This document shows, piece after piece, positions 13,488-26,670 of a stretch of DNA of 64,000 bases. Below the pieces are notes generated by a model. It worked only from the letters and a program-made list of their open reading frames with translations. It was not told the origin of the DNA and ran no database searches. The stretch's first letter is position 1, and every line of letters begins with the position of its first letter. The position numbers and the translations under genes were made by a program. This DNA is from Lama guanicoe (taxonomy: Eukaryota): assembly GCA_013239625.1 (NCBI GenBank), contig MU053513.1, positions 3,026,927 to 3,090,926 on the forward strand, in the 5' to 3' direction.

Positions 13488-14937
13488 TTTTTTCTGCAGA
13501 AAATGACTTTTTTTTTCAGCTTTTCTTTATCTCAAAGATGGAATATGTGCCTGCTGCATGAATTCTTTGGGTTGGGTATTTTAAAGAACACAGTGCTTTC
13601 CTCACCACCTAGCCAAGCACAGAATCTGACTTGCAGAAGTTCTCAATAAATATTTGTTGACAGTGTTTCCCCTTAAAGGAGATTTTGATGAGAACAGAGA
13701 TACTGTTATTCAAGCCTCCGAGGTCTCTGAACTGGACAGGAGGCTGCCTCCTTCTGGAAAGGCTGCGGTGCTGCTCTGTCTGAAGATGGATGGCCTCGGG
13801 GGCCAGGCCAGGCAGTGAGAGCCACATCCAGCCCTGACTTTTGTTTTCCTCAAACTCACATAGCAAACCGAGACCTTCCAGTTACAAAAGAGCTCCATGC
13901 TGAATGGCAGTGAGGAGGCACTATTTATGCTGACAATGAAAAATTCAAAAGTTCTACTGGATGTTGGAATGAAGATTTAGCTGGATATAAGACAATAATT
14001 TAGACTCTCTCATTACGAGAGAGATAAAATATTTGATTCACAAAGCTTTTTCAACCTCCTCCTGGACTATGATTAAAAGAAAAATCTACTTCAAAAAATG
14101 AAAGGGATTTAGGATCAAAATTTAATTTCCTCTTCTCCTTGAAAAAAACACACAAAAACACAAAACAAAGTAACTGAAGATTTCTTAGAATTCTCTGTCA
14201 ATAAAGGAAAGTTATTAAAGAAGCAGAGAGAGGTTTAAGTTTTTCCACAGGGAGTTAAAGAGTACTATTATGATTTCAAAACTTGTATGTTAAAAGACTT
14301 TTGAATCGATTGAATTTAATCGTGTATGAAATTAAAATGAGGTGTTATCTTAAAAGGCTGAATTTATTTCAGCACAATTCAAGCATTTTAATATATGCCC
14401 AAGGCTGACTGTTTATCAGGGTTGGCATTTTTAAAATAACAAGGGATGATGCTAACACTTTTTTCCTAACAAGATTTATAATTTATGTAGCAGGAACAAC
14501 TTAATGTACTGGTGATTTGTCCTCCTGCATCTGTAATTGATGACAAAGCACTAATTTTTACACATCAAAGAAATTAAACCTAGCTTTCCTGTGCATTATT
14601 GACCTTTACTGCACCCAAAGTGGTTCAGAAGAAACAAATTACACTGCAATAAAGTTTAGTATTTTCCTTCCATATTGGATTTCATTCAATGGTTGCTCGA
14701 AAACTGCTAATCGGTGAGAGCAGTAAAGTTTGTTTTTAGAAGATGCTGTTCCCATTTGATGTGTGAGAAGAAAAGAAAACAAAAAGAAAAACAGTTTGAA
14801 AGTTGTCATTCTATCCATATATTACTAAATTTATCCTTCAAAGATATAAATTAGGTGGCCTCCTTCCAGGACAGAACAGCAAATGCAAGATACAACTGGT
14901 CAGAGTCCATAAAACCAGATCATCCCAGAGATTAACG

Positions 14938-15380
14938 CAACAACAAATGTTTCCTGAGCACCTGTGAAAGCCGAGCACTCTTCTGGTACCGGGGATACAT
15001 CAGTGCGTACTTCAGACAAAAGTCCTGGACCATGTGAGCCTTACAGTCTGTTAAAGGAACACAGACAGATATATACATTTGTATGTTTGTGTGTGTCTGT
15101 GACAGAGGGAGATTTTAGATGGTGATAAAGAAAAAAATTTAAAGGGGGATAAAGCATAGAAGTAGAGACGGTAATTCGAGCAAAATCATCAACTAGGTGA
15201 GAGTAAATTGTGCAGATCTCTGGAAGAAAAACTGTTTCGAGACGAAGGAATAGTCCCTGATATGGAAGAATTGTTTGGGGGGCTCAAAGAATAGCAACCA
15301 ATGAGACCAGTCTGCCTGCAAGAGGGGATGAAGGTGAGAGAGCAGGAGGTGAGGTCACAGATGAAAGAAAGCTTGCTGGC
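14938..15380 (-). mobile_element. L2 fragment
   Basis: caacaaatgtttcctgagcacct...ggggatacatcagtg, then antisense L2 body. Confidence 0.75.
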
Positions 15381-15856
15381 AGTTGAACCCATCACCTAAC
15401 CTATTTAAATCCCTTTAAATTCACCATAAAATCTGTGAAATCTCTGTAAATCTCCAGAGCCAGGTAATCCCACCACCTCCAGAAAGCACTACTGCCAGCA
15501 AAGTACTTCCCTATCCATCTCCAGAAGGTTCCACTCATTGGCTCCCTTTCCACCCTCTGGAATGCCAGAGAGAGAAACCGAATCTAGCTTCCTAGAACAG
15601 ATCAAGCAACGTGCAAGACTGTTTGTTACTTCTTCCAACTGTTCTCCAAGACGAACATCTTGTTTCCTTCCACTTTCCCCTCAGACTGTTAGAACAGCCG
15701 GTCCACTCACTGTCCTGACATCTTCCCTGAAAATACTCCAAGTTTGAGCAGGGTATTCTGAACGTCCTGCAGCAGGCATTTTTCCCTGCAAGTAACATTT
15801 ACAGATTGCGTAAATACGGAGCAACCGGAACTAGGCAGGACCTCCCTCAGCCTAGA

Positions 15857-16000
15857 CCTGTGGTTCTCAAGCTTGGTTGCACATCAGAAGCACCTTGGGG
15901 TGGGGGAGAGGAAGTTAAAAATCCCAGCGCCAAAGCTGTGTCCCACACTAATTAAATCAGAAACTCTGGCAGTGGCCCAGTCATCAGCATTTTTGACTTG
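15857..16000. mobile_element. MER5A-family hAT-Charlie MITE fragment
   Basis: ctgtggttctcaagcttggttgcacatcagaagcacct...aattaaatcagaaactctgg. Confidence 0.75.
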
Positions 16001-16159
16001 CAACATGAAGCTCTGGGTGCTTCATTCCTATTGCTAAAACTAACTGCTGACAGCCACAGCACATGATGCATGACACTAGTTGTTTTTATGCTCCCAAGTT
16101 TGTTTGCACACTGAGGTGAAGCCACATGTCCTCTGTCCACTACCATTGCAATGTTTCTT

Positions 16160-17010
16160 CAAATCAAGTGTAAATCATGATATTTCTCCCTATTAGCCTT
16201 TAAGGATTAGATTCAGTCTATCTTTTCAGTCTATTAAAGTCCCTCTGAATTCTGATTTTTACTCCAGCTTAGGTCATCCACAAATCTAATAAACAGAACC
16301 TTACTGATGTCAGAGATATAAACATTGGCTAAGTCAAAGTGAAGACTCACCCTACAAAATTCTACTAGAGACCTCCTTACAGGCTATGCGCATGCTAGCC
16401 TTTTACATCACCATTTGTGATACCCACAGCAACTCTGTGATGTACATATGATTATGCTCAATCTGTAGATGAGAAAACAGTGATTTAGAGAAGTGAAATG
16501 ACTCCCTGGGATCACCTTGGTTAACTGAAAGAGCCAAGAATTGAAAGTAGCTCTATATCTGATTTCAAGTTGCAAGCTCTTTCATTAGCTGCTTCTCAGA
16601 GATTTAACTAATTTGCAACTCACCCCAATATCTTGTTATCCAGCAACCATTTCTTCAAAAATAACATGAGAACTTTTCTCTTTATCTTGATAAACTGAAC
16701 CTAACTGCATCAACCTTATTTCTCTGATAGCAATTCAACAGATATTTACTGAATACCTTTTATGTTGCAAGCACTGAAAATATTAAGAACTCAGCAATGA
16801 AGAAAATAGATTTAAAAATTTCTTCTTCCATGAAGCTTATATTTTTCTGCCAGTCGCAAAAGAAAATGAAATGAATCTGTCATAACTTAACGTAGTGAAC
16901 CCTTGATGGCTCCAAATTGTCACGAATTCCTTTTATGAGGACTCAGAAATCATCCTTTTGTGGCTTATTCTAGAACCCTTTCCAGAATTCATACTGCAAC
17001 AATCTTAAAA
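16160..17010 (-). mobile_element. L3/CR1 fragments interrupted by MIR (~16400-16590) and L2 (~16730-16850)
   Basis: ccagcttaggtcatccacaaat and tagtgaacccttgatggctcc resemble antisense CR1 reverse-transcriptase motifs. Confidence 0.55.
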
Positions 17011-17053
17011 ATATCTCATGTGCTTTAAAAAACAAACAAACACACCACAATGC

Positions 17054-17437
17054 TGTTAAAAAACAAAATGCTACTGAGTAAATTCTAAGATATAATTGGT
17101 TTTATTCAGTGATTCATGAATCAGGCAGCATCTCATCAACCAGACAGAAAGGCACTTCAAAGAGCTATAAAAGGCAACAGATTTTATAGACAGAGGGAGC
17201 AGAAACAGGGAAGTTGTACTAGGCAAAAAAAAGCGGATTGGTTCCTGCAAGGTTACTTCCATTAGGGATAGCAGGAGTTTATCAGGTAGATTACCTAACT
17301 AATGCTGATTAGATGATTCCTGATTGACAGGTGTAAGCGTCCATTTCTAAGAGAGGCAAAACTAATTAAATCTCAGTTTGGTGAAATTGGGCTTAGCATA
17401 AACAACTCCATTTTGGGCCTACTGTCTTGTTTTAACA
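17054..17437 (-). mobile_element. ERV1-class solo LTR (384 bp)
   Basis: Terminal inverted repeats TGTTAAAA...TTTTAACA, reverse AATAAA at 17101, reverse TATA (ttttata) near 17182, 4-bp TSD atgc/gtgc. Confidence 0.85.
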
Positions 17438-17514
17438 GTGCTTTTAAATATTCAAGAACAGAGAAAATCTGGAAAATTGGTTGCATCATGAAAAGATGAA
17501 AATATCAAAGCTAG

Positions 17515-17807
17515 TGCTCTGTTCCAGTACTGTCTTACAGAACTTTCAGCAATGATGGAAACATTCTATTTTTGTGCTGTCCAATATGGTAGCCACTAGG
17601 CACATGTGGCTACTGCACACTTGAAATGTGGCTAATGTGACTAGGGAAATAAACTGCTCATTTCATTTAATTTTAATTAACTTATATATTTAAATTAAAA
17701 ATTAATTTATATACTGAAAAATTTAAATTATATAATTAAATTATATACTTAAATTTATACTAGTCACATATGACTAGTAGCTGCCATATTGAGTCACACA
17801 GCTCTAG
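17515..17807. mobile_element. MER3 (hAT-Charlie)
   Basis: gctgtccaatatggtagccactaggcacatgtggcta...cacttgaaatgtggcta hallmark. Confidence 0.85.
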
Positions 17808-17905
17808 AGGAATCTAGGTTATGAAATGACTATCAAAGTGAGGAGGGGGATAAAAATACTTACAAACTCACTCTTCGTGGCCTTTGGTCATTGCTTTTTC
17901 TTCAG

Positions 17906-18090
17906 TTTCTTTTTTAAAATTATTTATTTTTATGGAAGTATAGTTGATTTACAATTTCGAGGTGTTCAGCAAAGTGATTCAGTTCTATGTGTGTGTGTGT
18001 GTGTATTCTTTTTCAGATTCTTTTCCATTATAGGTTTTTACAAGATATTGACTAAAGCTCTCTGTGCTATACAGTAGGTCCTTATTGTTT
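17906..18090 (-). mobile_element. Short L1 3'UTR insertion (artiodactyl-type)
   Basis: gaagtatagttgatttacaat...ctgtgctatacagtaggtcct. Confidence 0.85.
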
Positions 18091-18292
18091 CTTGGGTTTC
18101 TTTCAGCGACACTTAATCCTTTTCTCCCACAATAATCCTAAGGCACAAACAGCCCATTAATGCATTCATAAAAAGTAAGCGTCATTTAAGACCTACAGCA
18201 AATTAGGTAGTAGTTATACATGGAACTCATGTGCTCTGTCTCTGCAAATACATCTCTTTTGTGGCATTTTCACAATTAAGAACATGTGCCTG

Positions 18293-19179
18293 TGAAAAAA
18301 TGCTCAGTATCACTAATTATCAGAGAAATGCAAATCAAAACTACAATGAGGTATCACCTCATACCCGTCAGAATGGCCATCATTCAAAGGTCCACAAATG
18401 ATAAGTGCTGGAGAGGCTGTGGAGAAAAGGGAACCCTCCTACACTGTTGGTGGGAATGTAGTTTGATGCAGCTGTTATGAAAAACAGTATGGAGATTCCT
18501 CAAAAGACTAAAATTAGACTTATCATATGATCCAACAATTCCACTCCTGGGCACATAGCCAGAGGGAACCTTAATTCAAAAAGATACATGCACCCCAATG
18601 TTCACAGCAGCACTATTTACAACAGCCAAGACATGGAAACAACCTAAATGTCCATCGACAGATGACTGACTAAAGAAGCTGTGGTATATTTATACAATGG
18701 AATACTACTCAGCCATAAAAAAGAATAAAATAATGCCATTGCAGCAACATGGATGGACCTGGAGACTGTCATTCTAAGTGAGGTAAGCCAGAAAAAGAAA
18801 GAAAAATACCAGATGATATCACTTATATGTGAAATCAAAAAAAAAAAAAAACGAACTTACATACAAAACAGAAACAGATTCACAGACATAGAAAACAAAC
18901 TTATGGTTACCAGGGGGAGGGAGAGGTGGGGAGGGATAAACTGGGAGTTTGATATTGGCACATACTAACTAATACATATAAAATAGATAAACAAGTTCAT
19001 ACTGTATAGCACAGGGAACTATATTCAATACCTTGTAGTAACTTATGGTGAAAAAGAATATGAAAATGAATATATGTATGTTCATGCATGACTGAAGCAT
19101 TGTGCTGTACACCAGAAATTGACACAACATTGTAAACTGACTATACTTCAATTATTCGTATATGTATGCAAAAAAAAAA
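18293..19179 (+). mobile_element. Young 5'-truncated L1 (ORF2 end, 3'UTR, polyA)
   Basis: ORF2 remnant [15 protein letters not shown]; polyA; perfect 15-bp TSD aagaacatgtgcctg (18278-18292, 19180-19194) at a TT/AAGA endonuclease-like site. Confidence 0.95.
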
Positions 19180-19559
19180 AAGAACATGTGCCTGAACTGG
19201 TGCCTGCCTTCCCTTAGATGGTGGTGGCCACCAGAAGTAGGTGATCTCATCTGCTGGCTGATGTCCAGCGAAAGTAGACTCCTAAACAATTTCAGAGGCA
19301 GAATAAACACCTGGCATTATTCACCTCTCTAAAAGACTGTGTGTTTATGTGTTGTTTTTATATGCATGTGGCTTCACAAGACCTCTAATAACTATTCAAT
19401 AGGCCTCTAAGTTAGCACATCTCTGTGATTCTATGAGGAAATGATAGAGCCAAATGGTCTTTATAGGGCAGAAACTGACATAGGTACATTTGGTTGCAGC
19501 ATTCATTGCTTTCACGTCAAATTTTTTCAGCATACTAATACTGAAAAACAAAACTAAGA

Positions 19560-20005
19560 TGACACTTCATTGTAACTAATATAAGGTATGTTAATACAAC
19601 CCCAAAATCAAATTTCAGTGACTTAAAACACAATAAATATTTTCTTATTCAAATGACATCACAGTTTCATGTGGGTTGATGGGGGACTTTGTTCCATGCA
19701 GTGTTACAGGGACCCAGCTTGCTTCCATCTATGGCTCCACCATCACCTAGCTTTTCCACTGCATCCTCTGAATCCAAGCATTGGAAAAGAGAAGAGAAAA
19801 AATGTAGAGGATCATGCAGGAAGATTTTTAGGAGCCAGATCTTGAGGTGCCATACATCATCCCCATAAAACTTCACTGGCCAGAACTCAACCCCATGTCC
19901 CTACTCAACCACAAGGAAGAGTAAGAAGTGCAATTTCAGCCACGTGCCCAGGAGGAAAAGAAACAGGGGCTCGATGAACACACAGCTCTGTCTCCGCCTA
20001 CCACT
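19560..20005 (-). mobile_element. Old MLT1 (J/K/L-like) LTR
   Basis: tcagtgacttaaaacacaa...cagggacccag...cactggccagaactc...ctctgtctccgcctacca. Confidence 0.7.
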
Positions 20006-21109
20006 AACTTGGACTATTTGGGAAACAGTCCAACCTGAATTAATGAAGTCATTCATTTACTCATTCAGTTATTCATTTCAAGCATATGCAGTCAATTTAA
20101 CTGTTTACCAAAGTTTCCAGCACAGAACAGATTAGACTTTACTATCTAAGCCTCAGGTGTTTTCTTTCTTCCTTTCTGTGTCTTAGACCCACCAATGACA
20201 CCCACAGATACTATCTAGCCCAGCAAGTAACTGATCAAATAATGCAAACAGAAAATTCATGACCAAGAAAGTGGCCCTTATTTCACTAGACTGATGAGCT
20301 TCCTATAACAACCCTGAAACATTTCATGATTAATCCCCAAAGAATTTGCACTTTTTATCATGCACCTGCATTTCAAAATGGTCTGGAAAAAAAAAAACAC
20401 TCTCTTCTCATGGAAATCATTTTACACCCAGAAAAAAAAAAATTAAAGTACTGAATTTCTTCAGTGTTGCATGAAAATAAGTCTTGATGCTCCTGAAAGT
20501 TTTAAATGTTTATGGTGGATAATCAAATCCCCCTCTTCATTATCATTAATATCAAAATTGCCAATTAATACTATACACAAGGCAGGTGCTTTTTTCCCAG
20601 GAAAAATTCCTCTTCATGATCCAGTACCTCTTTAAATCCTGTGAATTTAAACTCTGAACCATCAGGAAGTATTTTTCAAATGATCAAAAAAGAGAACCTG
20701 CCAAAAAAAGGCTCTTGATTAAAAATCAACATGATTACTGCAAGCACAGGCTGGGGGCCCCAGCCTGCCGAGCCCTTCGAGAATGCTGCTTGTGGGACAA
20801 ATACGGTCCAGAAAACACCAATTTAATTTTAACAAAATGAGATTGTCTGGAAGCATTTCACTATATTTAACATAGGGGAGCAGTTTCCAAAAATGAGGCT
20901 TAGATTTTTGGAAATAACAATTAGGATGCCATCTAAGGGGCAAGATCCAAAGTGTAATTATTGTTAAATGGAGTGTTTTTCTGAGAGTGGAAATGAAGTC
21001 TTTAACATGGCAGGATGAGCCCAAATGGACAAAAAGAGGTATCACTGAAATACTGTTGTTTTAATATGTACTGGATATGTTTAAGTGAGAAAGTCTAGCA
21101 AGTGTGGGT

Positions 21110-21481
21110 TGTTATGGAGTGAATTGTATCCACTCAAAATTCATATGTTGAAGTCCTAACACCAATGTGACAGTATCTGGAGATGAGGTGTTTAATTAAA
21201 ATTAAATGAGGTCATAATGGCGAGGCCTTAATCCAATTGGACTGATGTCCCTATAAGAACAGGAAGAGACACCACGAAGGCACACACAGAGAAAAGGCCA
21301 TGTGAGGACGCAGGAAGAAGGCAGCCACCTGCAAGCCAAAGTGAGAGTTCCCACCATAAACCGACTCTGCTGGCTTTCTGACCCTACAGCTCCAGCCTCC
21401 AGGACTGTGAGAAATAAACTTCTGTTACTGAATCCACACAGTCCATGGCATTTTGTTAGGGAGTCCTAGTGGATTAATACG
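21110..21481 (+). mobile_element. MLT1A/B LTR
   Basis: tgttatggagtgaattgt...aattcatatgttgaagtcctaac...cagcctccaggactgtgagaaataaa...taatac. Confidence 0.9.
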
Positions 21482-23473
21482 AGGATAAATGCAGAAAGCC
21501 TCAGGCCACGTTAGAACAGGTGTCCAGGCAAACACATAACAAGTTCAGTTCGCTATAGATAAGGTCCAAGTCATGGATCTCAGAACAAAGGGCAACATCA
21601 AAAAACGCTTGCTAAATGGAGGCGTACTCTTCCTTCTGCATACTAGTCAGAGAAAGGGTATGTACGGTTCACATGAGGAAAAAAAATAAAAAACCCAAGG
21701 TACAAGCAGCTCTCAGATACAACTACAGCATGGCAAAGCCTCCCAAGTCACTATAGTGTTGACTTCTCGAAATGCAGTCCTGAATCCAAGGGAGGCTGCT
21801 CCTGGCATTGAACAAACTAAGTGGGAAATGGAAGTCAGCTGGTTGGAGCCCCCTGGGTATAAGGCTGTTTTAGTAGATCCAGGCCGCTTGAATATAACTC
21901 GAGGGCAGCAATTCTCCAGGGAGAGTAGGACTCAGCAGGCAAGCGTGACCAAGGGGCAACACAGGCTGAAATCAGATCTGAAGCTCTGACTGCAAGTCCC
22001 CCACTGAGTAGCGAATAACTAATGGAATGTAAAAACCATCCCGGGCATGAAAAATGCTAACACATGCCAAGTGGTTCTCTACCAACTTTTAAACAATTTG
22101 TTTTGGCCCCTAATGACTTCCCTTACCTTGGGGAACTTCAAGATTCTAGGCAAGTAATCAGATCTCTGTTCCCCACAAGAAAGGCCACCATTTCTTCTTC
22201 CAGCTTCTCCCCTAAATATACCTTGCTAAGTTCAAGCAGATGTGCTGCCAGCCCATGCGACATCTTCCTGTGTATTAGGAAAAGAGTCCTTCTGGGGGAT
22301 GCAGCCCTGCCCCAGGTGCAAGGCTTGGCAAGGGAAGCACAGGCTGGCAGTTAGTCCCCACTTGGGCCCTTGACCCAGCACTCTTGAGCAGGATGCAATC
22401 TGCACAACCGTATGAGATGCTCTGATGTAAAAGACAGAGTTTTTGAAGCTTCATGAGCTACTATGCTCATGGCAGTAAAAAGTCCATGCTTTTATCCAAG
22501 CACAAGTTCAATGGCTACAAGGACTCCAAGTGCAATGGACACGGGATAGAAGCAGCCATTATAATGGGCACAACATCACAGAGTTACCCTCAAGAAGGTG
22601 CAACTTAGCAATTTACCAAGTGAACCTTGGAGTTTCAGCCCAGCAAATTCTAAGACATCTTTGAAAAGAGCAGAATCAAATAATAAAAGGGACAAGAAAG
22701 CGCCAACATGTATGCAAAATGAGCCACTAAACACAAAAGCTTAGAGAAGTTCAAAAGATAAACTCATCCCTAAAGGTGAAGCATAGAAGATTTCTGGAGA
22801 CCAAAGAAACTCAAAATTGGGTCAAGAAGAGTGAAAGAAAACACCAAAGAGAGAGATAAAGAGAGAAAAGCCCATACAATCTTTATCAGTACTAACTGTC
22901 CAGAGGATTGTGGGGGGAAAGAGTCTATAGAATAGAACAAACCCCCTGTAAGAGGATGTTTAATGTAAAAAATATTTATGATGTATATCACACCAAGTAC
23001 AATGTGACTGAAAAATGATACAGGCAGATGTCAAAAAAAAAAAAAGAATGAAAAGAAACGAACAACTACTTTAGAAACACCATCATCATAGCAGAAAGAG
23101 AATCCTGCTCCGTACAACAGAGCCACTCAGATCCCAGTGGAGGACAAGAGTCAGAGACTGGTGTGACCCACCCTACCTTTCCCAAGCCCACCCTCAGCCT
23201 TTGAAAGTTTGACTCAATGGCTTGGCATTAAAAAGTCCCCTGAATGCTTTCCTCAAAAAGGTAGGCTGAAAGCCCTTGGACTTCATCCAGAGCAGCAATT
23301 CCAATGTAAGAGTGAGACTCTGGGAGGCAAAGGTACATGGTTTGAGAAGGTTGTGACCAACTAGACTCTAATCCTCTGATGGACTAACTCTCCAACCAAA
23401 TGTTTTGTTGTAATCCTGAGCTTCTGCTGCTCAAGCAGGCATGAGGTAATAGTGGCTAAATTTGCATGACACC

Positions 23474-23805
23474 TGCTATGGTCTGAATGTTTATGTCCCC
23501 ACCAAGCTGCTGAAATCCTAATTCAAAGGTAATGGTATTAGGAGAAGGGGCCTTAAGTCATGAGGGTGGAGCCCTCATGAATGGGATTAGTGCCTTAAAA
23601 GAAGATGCTCCAGAGAAACCTCTCTCCCTCCAACCATGTGAGGATGCAGTGAGAAATCTGCCACCCGGAAGAGTGCTTGCATCTAACCAGACTGCACCCT
23701 GGTCTTGGACTTCTAGCCTCAAGAACTGTGAAAAATAAATGTCTGCTTTTTATAAGCCACCCAGCCCACGGCATTTTGTTATAGCAGCCCAAACGGATTA
23801 AGACA
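23474..23805 (+). mobile_element. MLT1A-type LTR
   Basis: tgctatggtctgaatgt...taagaca with perfect 5-bp TSD acacc on both sides. Confidence 0.92.
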
Positions 23806-24519
23806 ACACCTTATCATTTGCAAAATACAGAGATACAGAAAAATCAGTGTCTTAAAATGATCATCAGGACAGCCTGCAAGATACAGCACTATCCCAATAG
23901 CTGATCATATCCCTCAGGCTTAGAGGTACTCCCTCTAGGGAGCCAAAGTTGGCCCTCAAGAGTACAGACCCAGAGAAAAGGCCCCAGCAGATCCTGAGAT
24001 AAGGTCAGAGCTGTCTGAGTGGAGAGTTCTGGGCCCCTGTGATGCAGAAGTGGGGGTGCAGTTTCTAGACAATCCATCTTCTTGTCCCTGGAGACTCCTA
24101 AGCCCATGGGTGATGGCAACAGGGACCAAGTGCTAAAGTGGGTTTTTCTGAAGCACAGGGGCAGGGCTCAAGGCCTGGCTCCTCTTACCCAGATAAAGGA
24201 CAACACAGCTTCTTCATGAAGTAAGTTCCAAGGTCATTTTATACAATAGCCACATTGTAGCATCCGAAGTGAAAATTTAATAGCCAGTAAAGAATACAGA
24301 CTGCAGAGATTCAACACTGGAGAGGAGATAAATTTAACATCCATCCTTTATCATCAATTTGAAAAGGGGGTAGGTAACCACCCCTACAGTATAGTCTCCC
24401 AAATGGTGCTAACCCCCAGAAGTGCAGGAGCAGAGGGGACAGGCAGCCGGGTGGTGCATGCCGGGGTCATGGTCCGCGGGGTGGGAGGGCAGGCGAGCCA
24501 GGCACCAAGGAGAGAAGCA

Positions 24520-24700
24520 AAGGGTCTGGAGCGGGACTGCCTGAGTTAGAATCCCACCTCCACACTCTCTGGCCAGTGTGTGATTCAGGTTCTTAGTTTG
24601 TAAAATGGGGCTAACATTGACCTCACAGAACTGTTAGAAGAATTAAACAAGATTCATTGTGTAAAATATTCAGCGCAGTAACTTAAACATAAGGGGGGAA
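24520..24700 (+). mobile_element. MIR
   Basis: tctggagcgggactgcctgagttagaatccc...tgtaaaatgggg. Confidence 0.7.
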
Positions 24701-25074
24701 AGGGAAGTTGTTGCTAGTTACTACTAACAATGACAGAAAGAGGAACCAGAAGTCAAAAATATTCAACTGAAAACCCCCTCCTAATACATGGTGGAAGCCA
24801 CCTGAGGCTTCCTTCTTTGGGAATTCCTAAGATATGCCAATGGAATGAAAAATAAAACAACACATTGCTTTCTTAAGGGGAGCAAGCACCACTCCATGAT
24901 CTATGGTCTAATGCTGCAAATTTAGGGGAATAAAAAGTACTAAATCTGTCATATTAAGAAAGACAAGGTGAATAGAGTTGCTTTGCTGGAAGAAATCATT
25001 TAAGTGTGAGTTTAGTGGCCCAAAAGAAATTTCTTTACTGCTACGATTTCTTTACTGCTACGTTACCACCACCA

Positions 25075-25270
25075 TCTATTGAATGCCTGTAAGTTTCAGG
25101 ACTTTGCTAACTGTGAGCATTGGTGCTACTCCTTATACAACTCTGAAAGCCAAAGATGCATTTAGTTTTGCTCAGAAATATTAAGTCATCTGTCTAAAGC
25201 CCTACAACTGGAAAGTGGCAGAGACAGGATTCAAAACCAGAAATAACCCCAATGACCATACTCCTGGTTC
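25075..25270 (-). mobile_element. MIR
   Basis: aagtggcagagacaggattcaaaacc. Confidence 0.65.
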
Positions 25271-26554
25271 TACCACCACCACTGTCTTCCCCAGCCTAGA
25301 AGAGAATGCAAAGCCACACGTCCTCAGCCATCTCAGGCTGATGACAGATGAGGCATGATTATATTCATGCTAAAGGTGCTATTATTTTCTGTGTTGCTCC
25401 CCTCATTTGAAAGGATTCCTTCACCGTGGCTTCATACAACTTCAGCAAGTAAGACCTCACAGGATTATCTTAGGGTCTTATTTTTCTGTTTCTTGAAATA
25501 TAAGCCTCTAGGGTCCAAAGATCATGTCTCACATTTTGCTGTATTTTCTCAGTAGCTAGAACCATAACATGAAAGGACCTTGAGAAATACTATCTGAATA
25601 AATGAATGATGTTCTAAAGAGAAAAAAATGTAAGAGCCAAATTGGGAGAATATAATGACACTGGCTATGGTGAGAAACATAAAGGCAAATTCATTCAATT
25701 CCAAGACGGAAAATAATACTGACATTCTCTGTTTGGGGAATCCATGGTCTAATCTCCTTTAACGTCCCTAGTGCTTAATCTGTCAGTCACCACACACAGA
25801 TTTAGTACTTACTGCCAGGTGTTCATTCTCAATTCTTTGAAGCATAAAATCGGCAGCATCAGATAATATAACTGTGGAAATGCTTTTGGTTTCTTTGGGA
25901 GAAAAAAATATACGCACTTTCATTATTTCTCAATCCCACTGTAGATTTCCCTCCTCCCTGACAATATAAAGTAGTAGCAGCAAGGGTCCCATTCACAAAT
26001 GCACACTTACTTCCCTCAGAGGATGCCAGATGGGACCCAACAAGACGCTCTTTCGAAAGGGGGCTCAGGTGTCCGGTTGGTATATCACCAGTCTCTCTCC
26101 CTCTCTGCATCTTTATCTACCACTCTTGGCCTGGAGGTCAGTCTTCAGCAGGGCATGATGACTTGAGGACTGACCTGTGATTTGGGGCAGGGAGGTAGGC
26201 AGGGGGGTGTAGTAGACTGACCACCATTAAGAAGGCAAATGGAGGCTGTGGACCAGTGTGTGTACAAGAAGCCCTTTATTCTAAGGCAATCATTCTCCGC
26301 AGTGCTGACATGGCAGAGCATCTGAAAGGCATGGAGCTCTTCAGTCAAGTAGAATCACTGCATAAGTGCTTTGGGCCAATCAGATCTAAGCTGGCCCCAC
26401 CTTCACTAAGCACACAGTGAATCATGATTCTGTGCCAAGCCTTGTGCTAGAGGATTGGGAATATAAAGACAAGGAAGAGATCTTGCCTGCCCGCAAGGGC
26501 CCCGCAGCCCAGGAATCAAATGATGGGAGTAACAGCAGTAGCAGGGAAGTTGAG

Positions 26555-26670
26555 AACTGCTAACATTTACCAAGTGCTCACTATGTGCCCAGCATTGTCC
26601 TAAGTGCCTTGACATATATCAATTTATCTAAGTCTATGTAAGAACCCTATGAGGTAAAGTACAATATTAC
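26555..26670 (-). mobile_element. MIR fragment
   Basis: gctaacatttaccaagtgctcactatgtgcc...aaccctatgaggta. Confidence 0.75.

Noticed and set aside
26005..26175. Minus-strand GTAAGT donor at 26005-26010 within ORF MQRGRETGDIPTGH...
   Set aside because: The peptide is unrecognised and the acceptor is unconvincing; isolated donors are common in introns.
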